Notes: generated by a model not told the origin, from the sequence alone. A stretch of 32,000 nucleotides of DNA from Geotalea daltonii FRC-32 (GCF_000022265.1 NC_011979.1:3540001-3572000); one strand, 5' to 3'; positions 9,621 through 16,032 are shown, numbered from the stretch's first letter. Numbers and translations are program-made.

Positions 9621-10145
9621 ATGGGAAACGCGGAAAAAATACCAAAAAACATCCAAGTAATCACTGCTGACGGAAGTTTGCGAATTCACTACACGTGGCT
9701 AACCATTTACACCATTAGATTTCTTCTTGCTGCGATGGTCTGGGACGGTTTTCTGCTGTGGTTTTTAGTTGCCCAAGTAGCAGACTCAAGGAATCCGACA
9801 TTTCATCCAGTACTTGTTGCCCTTGGAGTTACCGGAGTGCTCATTACGTATGTGGCACTTGCACATGTCGTAAACACAACTGAAATCCGAGTTAATAAAC
9901 ATGACTTGGAGACAAAGGTTGGTCCGTTCCCATGGCCAGGAAATAGTATGTTCCGGGTCGATAGCATTTTGAAATTAGAATCAGGAAGAGGTACAGGGCG
10001 GCTAATGCCGAGGTGGTCCGCAAACGTGAGTGTAAATGATAGGTGCGGCGAGAAGAAAATGCTGATTACAAACCTTGCCCGAGCGGATCAAGCAGAATAC
10101 ATCGTTGCAATGATTTCGGAATTCCTCAGGGAATCAAGAGCATGA
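9621..10145 (+). CDS. Cassette ORF 1: two-TM membrane protein of unknown function
   Basis: AAAGGAAAAA lies upstream of the ATG. Two hydrophobic helices are present (IRFLLAAMVWDGFLLWFLVA and VLVALGVTGVLITYVALA), followed by a soluble C-terminal domain. Codon usage is AT-rich, unlike the flanks. Confidence 0.55.
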   Translation: MGNAEKIPKNIQVITADGSLRIHYTWLTIYTIRFLLAAMVWDGFLLWFLVAQVADSRNPTFHPVLVALGVTGVLITYVALAHVVNTTEIRVNKHDLETKVGPFPWPGNSMFRVDSILKLESGRGTGRLMPRWSANVSVNDRCGEKKMLITNLARADQAEYIVAMISEFLRESRA

Positions 10146-10147
10146 AG

Positions 10148-10203
10148 ATTCAAGCAGGAAGATGCACCGATCTGACAGCCAGTGATCTCCCGGCCCGTTG
10201 TAT
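10148..10203 (+). repeat. attC-like site 1 (degenerate outer core)
   Basis: The outer 7-mers ATTCAAG and GTTGTAT pair at 5 of 7 positions; the left core reads AAG, not AAC. The inner stem 10157-10167 / 10182-10190 has 9 bp, with two bulged bases (A10160, G10164) in the 5' arm. Confidence 0.4.
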
Positions 10204-10218
10204 GAAATGGAGAACAAA

Positions 10219-10452
10219 ATGAATATACTACGAGTGCTGTCAGGTGTTGCCTTTGTTTGCCTTGGAGTAATTGTAATCAAATTTGGCGACAAAGATGTCA
10301 CAAAGAGAAGTAACGAAAGAGGAGTAATTACAAGAGTTTTCTCCCATACCCACCTAAATCCAAAACTTCTTAAATTGCAGAGGTCAGTAATCAAATGGGG
10401 TTTCGGCCTCGTTGCGCTCTGGTTTGGGCTTTGGCTGATAGTCGATTTATAG
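10219..10452 (+). CDS. Cassette ORF 2: small two-TM membrane protein
   Basis: Track ORF 10198..10452. The ATG at 10219 is preceded by GGAGAA at a 5-nt spacing. Two hydrophobic helices are present (VLSGVAFVCLGVIVI and WGFGLVALWFGLWLIV). Confidence 0.45.
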   Translation: MNILRVLSGVAFVCLGVIVIKFGDKDVTKRSNERGVITRVFSHTHLNPKLLKLQRSVIKWGFGLVALWFGLWLIVDL

Positions 10453-10507
10453 GCGAAAAAAAGCAGGAGTAGGCATAAGAGGCGGAAAACAGAATTTAAC
10501 CGAAAGA

Positions 10508-10547
10508 GGGAATTTGACAGAGGGAATTTGACAGGGGAATTTGACAG
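10508..10547. repeat. Three tandem copies of GGGAATTTGACAG abutting hairpin copy 1
   Basis: Copies at 10508-10520, 10522-10534 and 10535-10547. The last copy runs directly into the hairpin arm. Confidence 0.9.
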
Positions 10548-10618
10548 TGTCAGGTCTACACCTTGACAGAAAAGGATTAAATTAGTGTCAAGGTGTAGAC
10601 CTGACACATATTCTTCCT
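10546..10618. repeat. 73-bp repeat, copy 1: perfect 22-bp-stem hairpin
   Basis: GTGTCAGGTCTACACCTTGACA (10547-10568), a 17-nt loop GAAAAGGATTAAATTAG, then TGTCAAGGTGTAGACCTGACAC (10586-10607), followed by ATATTCTTCCT. It is 100% identical to 13683-13755. It is bounded by ATTTAAC (10494-10500) and GTTAGCA (10619-10625). Confidence 0.95.
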
Positions 10619-10675
10619 GTTAGCATCTGAAAACCAGCGCATATGAAGTAATCCATCTCCAGCCAAGAGAATGAC

Positions 10676-11677
10676 ATGAAACTACCCTCAAGAATTAAGC
10701 AGCATAAAGCCGAGTCAGATTCCTACGCCATTTTGCTGTACAAGTTGAAAAACGTCGGCATTTTCAGAAACTTAACAGAAAATGATTATGGGATTGATTT
10801 TGAGATTGAGGTCCTTAAGGGAGATCAACTAACCGGAAGATATGTCAAAGTACAAGTAAAATCATCAGAAGATTTAAAGATAAGAAAAAAAGACAAGGTG
10901 CCAACAGTAGGAGGGATAAAGGATACAACTCTCAATTATTGGGCTGAGCTAAGCTTAAGGGTCAATGTTCTAGCGTATGCAGTTGATTTAAAAAATGAGA
11001 ATATATACATCACCAAGCCCATGTTTTGGCAAGCAACCAAACTCATAGACGGATCAAAGAGAAGCAAATCAATCGAATTTCTTCCTGTGGACCAATATCA
11101 CTCAGAGGTCGCTGGCGCATTAACATATGCATTTGCACTTGCTCCTACCGCATCTGACATTATTCACAATCACAAAGTAGCATTAAAGCACCTTATGGAG
11201 TTCATAGAGTTTTACGTAGGCACTTTCCATTATGATATCCATCTACCAACAGATGAACCCGACGTCTTTCGATCATTCCTGGATGTATGCCGGATACTAA
11301 TGTGGGACATGAGATATGACAAGTCTGCCGAACTCTCAGAAGAGGAGCAAAAATGCTTACTTAGATACGAGTATTGGGCCAAGCAGGGAAACCTCATTTA
11401 TGACGAAATTCCTCATTATGTTCTACAGAAGCCTATGAAGTTTTTAATGCCTCTCTTTATCAAGTCGGTAAAACGTTACAACACAAGGGTTTTAGATGCC
11501 AGATACTACTGGTTATATAATGACTGTAATTACCTTCGGCTTGTATATGAATGTGTAATGCCTGAAGATCTTGATTCCCATGAAGGAATTATGAGATGGG
11601 GGTATGATCTTCGTATTAACGGCATCAAAAAACCAGCTGACTTTTACATGTTTCTAGCTGAAACTAAGAAATGCTAA
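10676..11677 (+). CDS. Cassette ORF 3: DUF4365 (PD-(D/E)xK restriction-endonuclease-like) domain protein with an uncharacterised helical C-terminal domain
   Basis: The N-terminus (…ESDSYAILLYKLKNVGIFRNLTENDYGIDFEIEV…GRYVKVQVKSS…) matches my memory of the DUF4365 signature (D-x-G-I-D … E … Q-V-K-S). The coding sequence is very AT-rich. Confidence 0.65.
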   Translation: MKLPSRIKQHKAESDSYAILLYKLKNVGIFRNLTENDYGIDFEIEVLKGDQLTGRYVKVQVKSSEDLKIRKKDKVPTVGGIKDTTLNYWAELSLRVNVLAYAVDLKNENIYITKPMFWQATKLIDGSKRSKSIEFLPVDQYHSEVAGALTYAFALAPTASDIIHNHKVALKHLMEFIEFYVGTFHYDIHLPTDEPDVFRSFLDVCRILMWDMRYDKSAELSEEEQKCLLRYEYWAKQGNLIYDEIPHYVLQKPMKFLMPLFIKSVKRYNTRVLDARYYWLYNDCNYLRLVYECVMPEDLDSHEGIMRWGYDLRINGIKKPADFYMFLAETKKC

Positions 11678-11736
11678 CAATCGGCGGCAGACGGTCTTCG
11701 CTGACGTTCCGCCGCTGCGCCGAAGCCCCGTTGGCA
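11672..11736 (+). repeat. attC-like site 3
   Basis: TGCTAAC (11672-11678) overlaps the TAA stop and pairs 6/7 with GTTGGCA (11730-11736). The inner stem 11681-11694 / 11712-11723 has 12 bp, with bulged G11687 and A11691 in the 5' arm. The loop is 17 nt. The site is GC-rich against AT-rich ORFs. Confidence 0.6.
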
Positions 11737-11747
11737 CAGGAGAAATA

Positions 11748-12512
11748 ATGTCAGATCTGAATTCAAATATTACCAATCGTATCTCTCAGCTACTTGGCGC
11801 TCTTTTTATATTATTGGCAGTGTCAGCACTGATAGCTGCACTAAATGAAGGTGTATGGCATGAGTTGGGCATGAGCCTTGTCGGCGGCCTTATAGTGTTA
11901 TTTATAGCAGTGTTTATAGCTGACCAACTGATGCAGAAATATAACGAAGAAAAATTCAATCCTCACCGAGATTATGTTTTTGCGATAGTTCAGAAGGCAA
12001 TAACGGAGTGTTATTTACGAGTTATTCCCCCAATGAAAAAATCAGAGTTACATCATGCAGAATTTGGTAAGTATTCCTCGGGTTATTATGATTTGCCAAG
12101 TTTAAATGGCACGTACAGAGAGCATATTCAGGAAACTCTTCGAATCTCGTCCCAAAACCTTGACGGCTTCGTCAAAGCTGTTGATATTTCCCGAGCCTCT
12201 TTGGATGTGTTTTTTGAAAAAACAAAGGAAATTAGTCACCACTTTTTTACAATATTAGACCCAGAATTACTCGAATATTTATTGCGTCTAGAAGATGCCC
12301 ATAACGAATTAGATATAGCTGTTATGGACTCCGGCATTAGCTTAGATACAAAGGTATCACTGTATTCGTTTTCTTTTATGAACACATTAATTGAAATGCA
12401 TAAGCTCCAACAACTACTCTTGTCCAGGGCCACAAAACGCTTAACAATGGAAGAATGGAAAAGAGATATTAGTGCTAAAGTGGACAGGTATACAGCATTG
12501 TGTGGGAAATAG
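11748..12512 (+). CDS. Cassette ORF 4: two-TM protein with a cytoplasmic helical domain, function unknown
   Basis: A strong AGGAGA lies 5 nt upstream of the ATG. TM helices are LLGALFILLAVSALIAAL and LVGGLIVLFIAVFIA. Confidence 0.55.
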   Translation: MSDLNSNITNRISQLLGALFILLAVSALIAALNEGVWHELGMSLVGGLIVLFIAVFIADQLMQKYNEEKFNPHRDYVFAIVQKAITECYLRVIPPMKKSELHHAEFGKYSSGYYDLPSLNGTYREHIQETLRISSQNLDGFVKAVDISRASLDVFFEKTKEISHHFFTILDPELLEYLLRLEDAHNELDIAVMDSGISLDTKVSLYSFSFMNTLIEMHKLQQLLLSRATKRLTMEEWKRDISAKVDRYTALCGK

Positions 12513-12514
12513 TG

Positions 12515-12607
12515 GGGCAACGCGAAAATGATGTGCCAACAGGCCCTAGGACACCGACCAGGGTTGAAAATCGCCCCAGTGCGGGTCAAGGGCGCAACCC
12601 GTTGTGC
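12515..12607 (+). repeat. GC-rich structured spacer; possible long or degenerate attC
   Basis: GGGCAAC (12515-12521) pairs partly with GTTGTGC (12601-12607). I could not find a canonical bulged stem. It contains several short GC hairpins and an internal CAAC…GTTG pair (12537-12566). Confidence 0.25.
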
Positions 12608-12620
12608 GAAGGGAACTTTA

Positions 12621-13058
12621 ATGCGTAAGAAAGTTAGAAAAGAATTGGATGACAAGTCTCGGCAGTGCAGAGAAGCGAGCACTTCAACAATATTAAAGCC
12701 TACGGTCGTCGTCGAAACGACCGATGCTTACGAATTTACTGCTGCAATTAAGTTGCTGGAAAAAGAAGGAATACCATTTTGTACAGAGAAAGAGTACACG
12801 GACGATCTTGTTGAAGGCAGGAGCTTTCTTGGTCCGTATGCATGGAAGATAATTGTTGAGGACGAGCTGCGGCAGAAGGCAACCAGATTAATAGACGAAG
12901 GTGGAGTTAGCGTAGTCATTGACGCTCCAGATGAAGGTGACGAAACCACGATTGAACGAGGGTTGGGAAAAAAAGATACTTCATATTGGATTGCAATCTT
13001 TTACTGCGGTCTAGGTTTGCTATCGCTTGGAATGCTTCTGAAAAATCTCTTTGACTGA
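12621..13058 (+). CDS. Cassette ORF 5: small tail-anchored protein with a DUF2007-like domain
   Basis: Track ORF 12528..13058. The first 31 codons lie in the GC-rich spacer, so the ATG at 12621 (AAGGGA upstream) is preferred. …TTDAYEFTAAIKLLEKEGIPFCTE… resembles DUF2007. A C-terminal TM helix is present (YWIAIFYCGLGLLSLGMLL). Confidence 0.45.
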   Translation: MRKKVRKELDDKSRQCREASTSTILKPTVVVETTDAYEFTAAIKLLEKEGIPFCTEKEYTDDLVEGRSFLGPYAWKIIVEDELRQKATRLIDEGGVSVVIDAPDEGDETTIERGLGKKDTSYWIAIFYCGLGLLSLGMLLKNLFD

Positions 13059-13067
13059 AATCCGAAA

Positions 13068-13127
13068 GCACAACCAGGCGGCGGCACACAGACGCTAACG
13101 CGTTGGTGCGCCCCCGAACCGTTATGC
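13068..13127 (+). repeat. attC-like site 5
   Basis: GCACAAC (13068-13074) pairs 6/7 with GTTATGC (13121-13127). The inner stem 13077-13095 / 13100-13115 has 15 bp plus one mismatch. Bulged G13084, A13088 and G13091 are all in the 5' arm. The loop is a TAAC tetraloop. Total length is 60 bp. Confidence 0.6.
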
Positions 13128-13157
13128 CGCCCAAAAAGACAGAAAGGCGAAAAAAAC

Positions 13158-13550
13158 ATGTGGTACCAGTTCTGCGAAAACCCACGCTCGATCACAGAGA
13201 TCTTTGGTAATGAACCTGTAGGCAATCCGGTTGAAATACACAGCGTCCGACTTCATCAAGATGGTCCATTGATTCAGCTTCAAATCGAACTGCCGACGTT
13301 CCCGGAGAAACAACAACCACGATGGCCTATTGGTGCAAACACACTTCAGGTTGAACTCGATCTCTGGGGAGTAACCAGCTTTGAGCAGGTTGGCTGGGGA
13401 ACGAGCAATATAGGAGTGCTGAGTCTTGAAAGAGAGGATGCTCTCAAATTCACATTTGTATCTAACCATTCAAAGTTCAGTGGAAGCTGCATTGTGGCTC
13501 GTATTGGCAAGGTGAGTGCTTATATCAACGGTAGTAAAGAGAAGGTATAA
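13158..13550 (+). CDS. Cassette ORF 6: Imm50-like immunity protein (orphan)
   Basis: The pattern …VEIHSVRLHQDGPLIQLQIELPTFPEKQQPRWPIGANTLQVELDLWGVTSFEQVGW…ARIGKVSAYING resembles the all-beta Imm50 family of polymorphic-toxin immunity proteins (recalled, not searched). Confidence 0.5.
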   Translation: MWYQFCENPRSITEIFGNEPVGNPVEIHSVRLHQDGPLIQLQIELPTFPEKQQPRWPIGANTLQVELDLWGVTSFEQVGWGTSNIGVLSLEREDALKFTFVSNHSKFSGSCIVARIGKVSAYINGSKEKV

Positions 13551-13612
13551 CATCGACGCAGACTCTGACGCGGCGAACAACGCCGCGCAGGTCACGCCGC
13601 GACACGTTGGTC
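13545..13612 (+). repeat. attC-like site 6
   Basis: GTATAAC (13545-13551) overlaps the TAA stop. The right core is GTTGGTC (13606-13612). The inner stem 13561-13575 / 13581-13593 has 13 bp, with bulged T13564 and A13568 in the 5' arm. The loop is AACAA. Confidence 0.5.
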
Positions 13613-13623
13613 GGGCTCTGAGC

Positions 13624-13689
13624 CAAATTTGGTAGTGTCACAAATTTGGTAGCAAATTTGGTAGTGTCATAGCAAATTTGGTAGTGTCA
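13624..13689. repeat. Tandem CAAATTTGGTAG(TGTCA) units abutting hairpin copy 2
   Basis: Units at 13624-13640, 13641-13652 (truncated), 13653-13669 and 13673-13689. Each full unit contains the outermost 6 nt (GTGTCA) of the hairpin's left arm. Confidence 0.9.
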
Positions 13690-13755
13690 GGTCTACACCT
13701 TGACAGAAAAGGATTAAATTAGTGTCAAGGTGTAGACCTGACACATATTCTTCCT
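13683..13755. repeat. 73-bp repeat, copy 2: perfect 22-bp-stem hairpin
   Basis: Identical to 10546-10618, with arms at 13684-13705 and 13723-13744. Both copies have the same loop orientation, so they form a direct repeat 3137 bp apart. Confidence 0.95.
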
Positions 13756-13800
13756 CCTGACACATATTCTTCCTCCCATATTCTTCCTCCATATTCTTAC
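13739..13800. repeat. Telescoping tandem duplications of the right hairpin junction
   Basis: TGACACATATTCTTCCTCC occurs twice (13739-13757 and 13758-13776). It is followed by the truncated CATATTCTTCCTCC (13777-13790) and then ATATTCTTAC (13791-13800). Confidence 0.9.
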
Positions 13801-13857
13801 TCAGAAATATTCATCCATCTTGTCGCATGTCAAGGCAGCCCCCTTAGAACTTATTTC

Positions 13858-16002
13858 CTACACCATTAGGCATTGTCTGAATTGTTTTTCCCGTACCTTT
13901 TCCTGAACCGTAGCCGTGCCGTTTATGTACCTGGAATAGACCGCTAGCGCCCAGACCGGGAAGAACAGGCTGTAACCGTGGTAGCGCAAGTAGAATACCC
14001 GCGGGAAACCGGTGCCGGTAAATTGCTTCTCGTTCCAGCCGTTGCAGTAGCTTTCCGTCAAATATCGTACACCGTTCCTGACGGCGCTGTGACGCCACTC
14101 ACCGGCCGCCATCAGCGCCATCAGCGCCCATGATGTCTGTGAGGCGGTGCTGGCGCCGCTTCCGGCCAGGGATGGATCATCATAGCTCGCGCAGGTTTCC
14201 CCCCAGCCGCCGTCGCTGTTCTGGCAGGAGATCAGCCACTCCACCGCTTTTCTCACATACGGGGCATCCATGTTCTCACCGGCCTGGTGCAACCCGGAAA
14301 GTACCGACCAGGTGCCATAGATGTAATTGACACCCCATCGTCCGAACCAGCCGCCAAACGGCTCCTGCTCCTTCTTCAAATAGGCGATGCCGCGGGCAAT
14401 CGGTGGGTAATCAGGGCCGTGCCCCAGCATCCCCATCATCTCTATACATCTGCCGGTCAGATCGGCGGTGCTGGGATCCAGCAAGGCCCCGTGGTCGGCA
14501 AAGGGGATATCGTTCAGGTAGAAATAGTCGTTATCCACATCAAAGGCCCCCCAACCGCCGTCCGTGCTTTGCATCCCCTGCACCCACCTGATCGCCCGTT
14601 CAATCTTTTCACGATATTCCGGTTTTTCCAGCGCCCCGGCACGGAACAGGCTCATCAGTACTTTTGCTGTATCATCCACATCGGGATAGCGGCTGTTTTC
14701 GTACTGGAAGGCCCACCCTCCCGACTCCAGCCCCGGACATTTCTCCGACCAGTCTCCCGGTGTGGCAATCTGCTGGCTGAACAGCCATTTGATGGCCCTG
14801 TCCGTTACTCCCGAGTTGTTTTCGGCATAACCTGACTCACACAGGGCCGACAGACTCATGCAGGTGTCCCAGATGGGGGAGTTGCAGGGCTGACAGAAAC
14901 TGAACTCCGTGTTGCCGGCTGTATCGGTCAGGTAGGTTGGAGATAGTTCAGGCGCTGCTGAAGAGTTGTCTATGGCAATGCCGCCACTGTCATCATCCAT
15001 GGGGATGGTGCCTGTCTTCAGATTGCGGTGCACCATCAGGTTATCGACCGCCTCCAGGCCGCGCAAATAATCGGCATCGTCATCGCTGCACCCCAGCGTC
15101 TTCAGGGCCATGACTGCATTGGCCATAGCCGGGTAGATGGCGCCAATGCCGCCGTCTCCCTGCATTCTGGCCCGTGTCCAGCGTTCAGCCTCGGCCAGGG
15201 CATGTTGTTTGATCCGGCCGGGGACCAGGTGCATGGTGCGTTTCAGCACCCGGTCCAGGGCGATGAAGACGTTTTTGCGCCAGGCATGGTGACGGAACTT
15301 ATCCAGATGGACCAGCATGTCCGGCGGAGTGGTGAACAACTCGGTGATCCCCTCGTTGTATTGCAGACGGCAGATCGGTTGTGTAGCGTAAAGGATAAGT
15401 AGCGGCACAATTACAGTCCGTGACCAGTAGGCTACCTTGTTCAGGTGAAAGAAAAACCAGCGCGGCAGCAGCATGATCTCGATCGGCATGGCCGGTGCGG
15501 TATGCCACGGGATCTGACCGAAGGTAGCCAGGGTGATGCGGGTGAATACGTTGCACTTGGCCGCCCCGCCGAGGGAGAGAATCAGCTGGCGCGCCCTGAC
15601 CATATGGGGAGCGTTCTTGTCGTGCCCCAGCAGCTTGAGGGCAAAATAGGCCTTAACGCTGGCACTGATATTGACATTGCCGTCAACGGCATACAGCGGC
15701 CAGCCGCCGTCAGGCAGCTGGCGCTCCTGCATGTAGGCGGCCAGCCGCTCGGAAATCTCCGGATCGATCTCACGGCCGATAAAGCGCTGCAGCATCACGT
15801 ACTCCGCAGGGATGGTCACATCCGCCTCCAGGTCAAAGACCCAGTGTCCGTCGTCCTGCTGCTGCCCGGCCAGCTGTGAAGCAGCCACACTGGTCACTTT
15901 TTCCAGATCGGCAGCGTCCATGATGGCGCAGGTTTCGCTCCCCCTGGCTTGGGTGGTTTTGCCCCCCTCGATCACACTGAAAGTACCTTTATGCTTATTC
16001 AT
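13858..16002 (-). CDS. shc: Squalene-hopene cyclase
   Basis: Contains the DVDDTA catalytic motif (codons at about 14665-14682), repeated QW-type motifs (…DGGW…) and CQPCNSPIWDT. The ATG at 16002 (MNKHKG…) has a GGAGG 5-6 nt upstream, so it is preferred over the ORF-track start at 16023. Confidence 0.92.
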   Translation of the reverse strand: MNKHKGTFSVIEGGKTTQARGSETCAIMDAADLEKVTSVAASQLAGQQQDDGHWVFDLEADVTIPAEYVMLQRFIGREIDPEISERLAAYMQERQLPDGGWPLYAVDGNVNISASVKAYFALKLLGHDKNAPHMVRARQLILSLGGAAKCNVFTRITLATFGQIPWHTAPAMPIEIMLLPRWFFFHLNKVAYWSRTVIVPLLILYATQPICRLQYNEGITELFTTPPDMLVHLDKFRHHAWRKNVFIALDRVLKRTMHLVPGRIKQHALAEAERWTRARMQGDGGIGAIYPAMANAVMALKTLGCSDDDADYLRGLEAVDNLMVHRNLKTGTIPMDDDSGGIAIDNSSAAPELSPTYLTDTAGNTEFSFCQPCNSPIWDTCMSLSALCESGYAENNSGVTDRAIKWLFSQQIATPGDWSEKCPGLESGGWAFQYENSRYPDVDDTAKVLMSLFRAGALEKPEYREKIERAIRWVQGMQSTDGGWGAFDVDNDYFYLNDIPFADHGALLDPSTADLTGRCIEMMGMLGHGPDYPPIARGIAYLKKEQEPFGGWFGRWGVNYIYGTWSVLSGLHQAGENMDAPYVRKAVEWLISCQNSDGGWGETCASYDDPSLAGSGASTASQTSWALMALMAAGEWRHSAVRNGVRYLTESYCNGWNEKQFTGTGFPRVFYLRYHGYSLFFPVWALAVYSRYINGTATVQEKVREKQFRQCLMV

Positions 16003-16032
16003 GTTTTTCCTCCATAACGCCAAACATTTACA

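Larger units (their letters stand above)
9301..13857 (+). mobile_element. AT-rich island organised as attC-bounded gene cassettes with no integrase (CALIN-like array)
   Basis: Composition drops sharply relative to both flanks. All six ORFs are on the + strand. The ORFs are separated by GC-rich imperfect palindromes with AAC…GTT cores. No tyrosine-recombinase or transposase ORF appears in any frame. The flanking genes are housekeeping (wecC, shc). Confidence 0.6.

Noticed and set aside
9394-9660. 88-aa + ORF (GTG start) in the wecC-proximal intergenic region
   Set aside because: It has no RBS, overlaps the start of the next ORF, and lies in AT-rich promoter-like DNA. It is probably non-coding.
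10508-10547. Tandem repeats near both hairpin copies (also 13624-13689 and 13739-13800), considered as a CRISPR array
   Set aside because: The units are 13-19 bp and directly abut one another with no unique spacers. No cas genes are present. They contain part of the adjacent hairpin arm, so they are junction duplications and not CRISPR repeats.
10134-10607. 157-aa minus-strand ORF crossing the small membrane-protein gene, the tandem repeats and the 73-bp hairpin
   Set aside because: It reads straight through non-coding repeat and hairpin DNA and through an attC-like site. It is antisense to the consistent + orientation of all cassettes, and its product is low-complexity.
10547-10607. The 22-bp-stem hairpins, considered as ordinary rho-independent terminators
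   Set aside because: Neither strand has a U/T tract after the stem (ATATTCTTCC on one side, repeat units on the other). A perfect 22-bp stem with a 17-nt loop is far larger than typical terminators. A transcription-blocking effect cannot be excluded.
10494-10625. Hairpin copy 1, considered as a bona fide long attC of cassette 2
   Set aside because: It is flanked by ATTTAAC and GTTAGCA, but those 7-mers are poorly complementary. The stem is perfect and has no extrahelical bases. The flanks are direct repeats rather than an extended palindrome. I keep this only as an alternative under the hairpin finding.
12528-12620. N-terminal 31 codons of track ORF 12528..13058
   Set aside because: They lie within the GC-rich structured spacer, whose composition contrasts with the AT-rich cassette ORFs. 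The ATG at 12621 has a plausible RBS.
13122-13469. 115-aa minus-strand ORF opposite the Imm50-like gene
   Set aside because: The + frame gives a family-like sequence and matches the cassette and attC orientation. The minus ORF would run into the attC-like site at 13068-13127.
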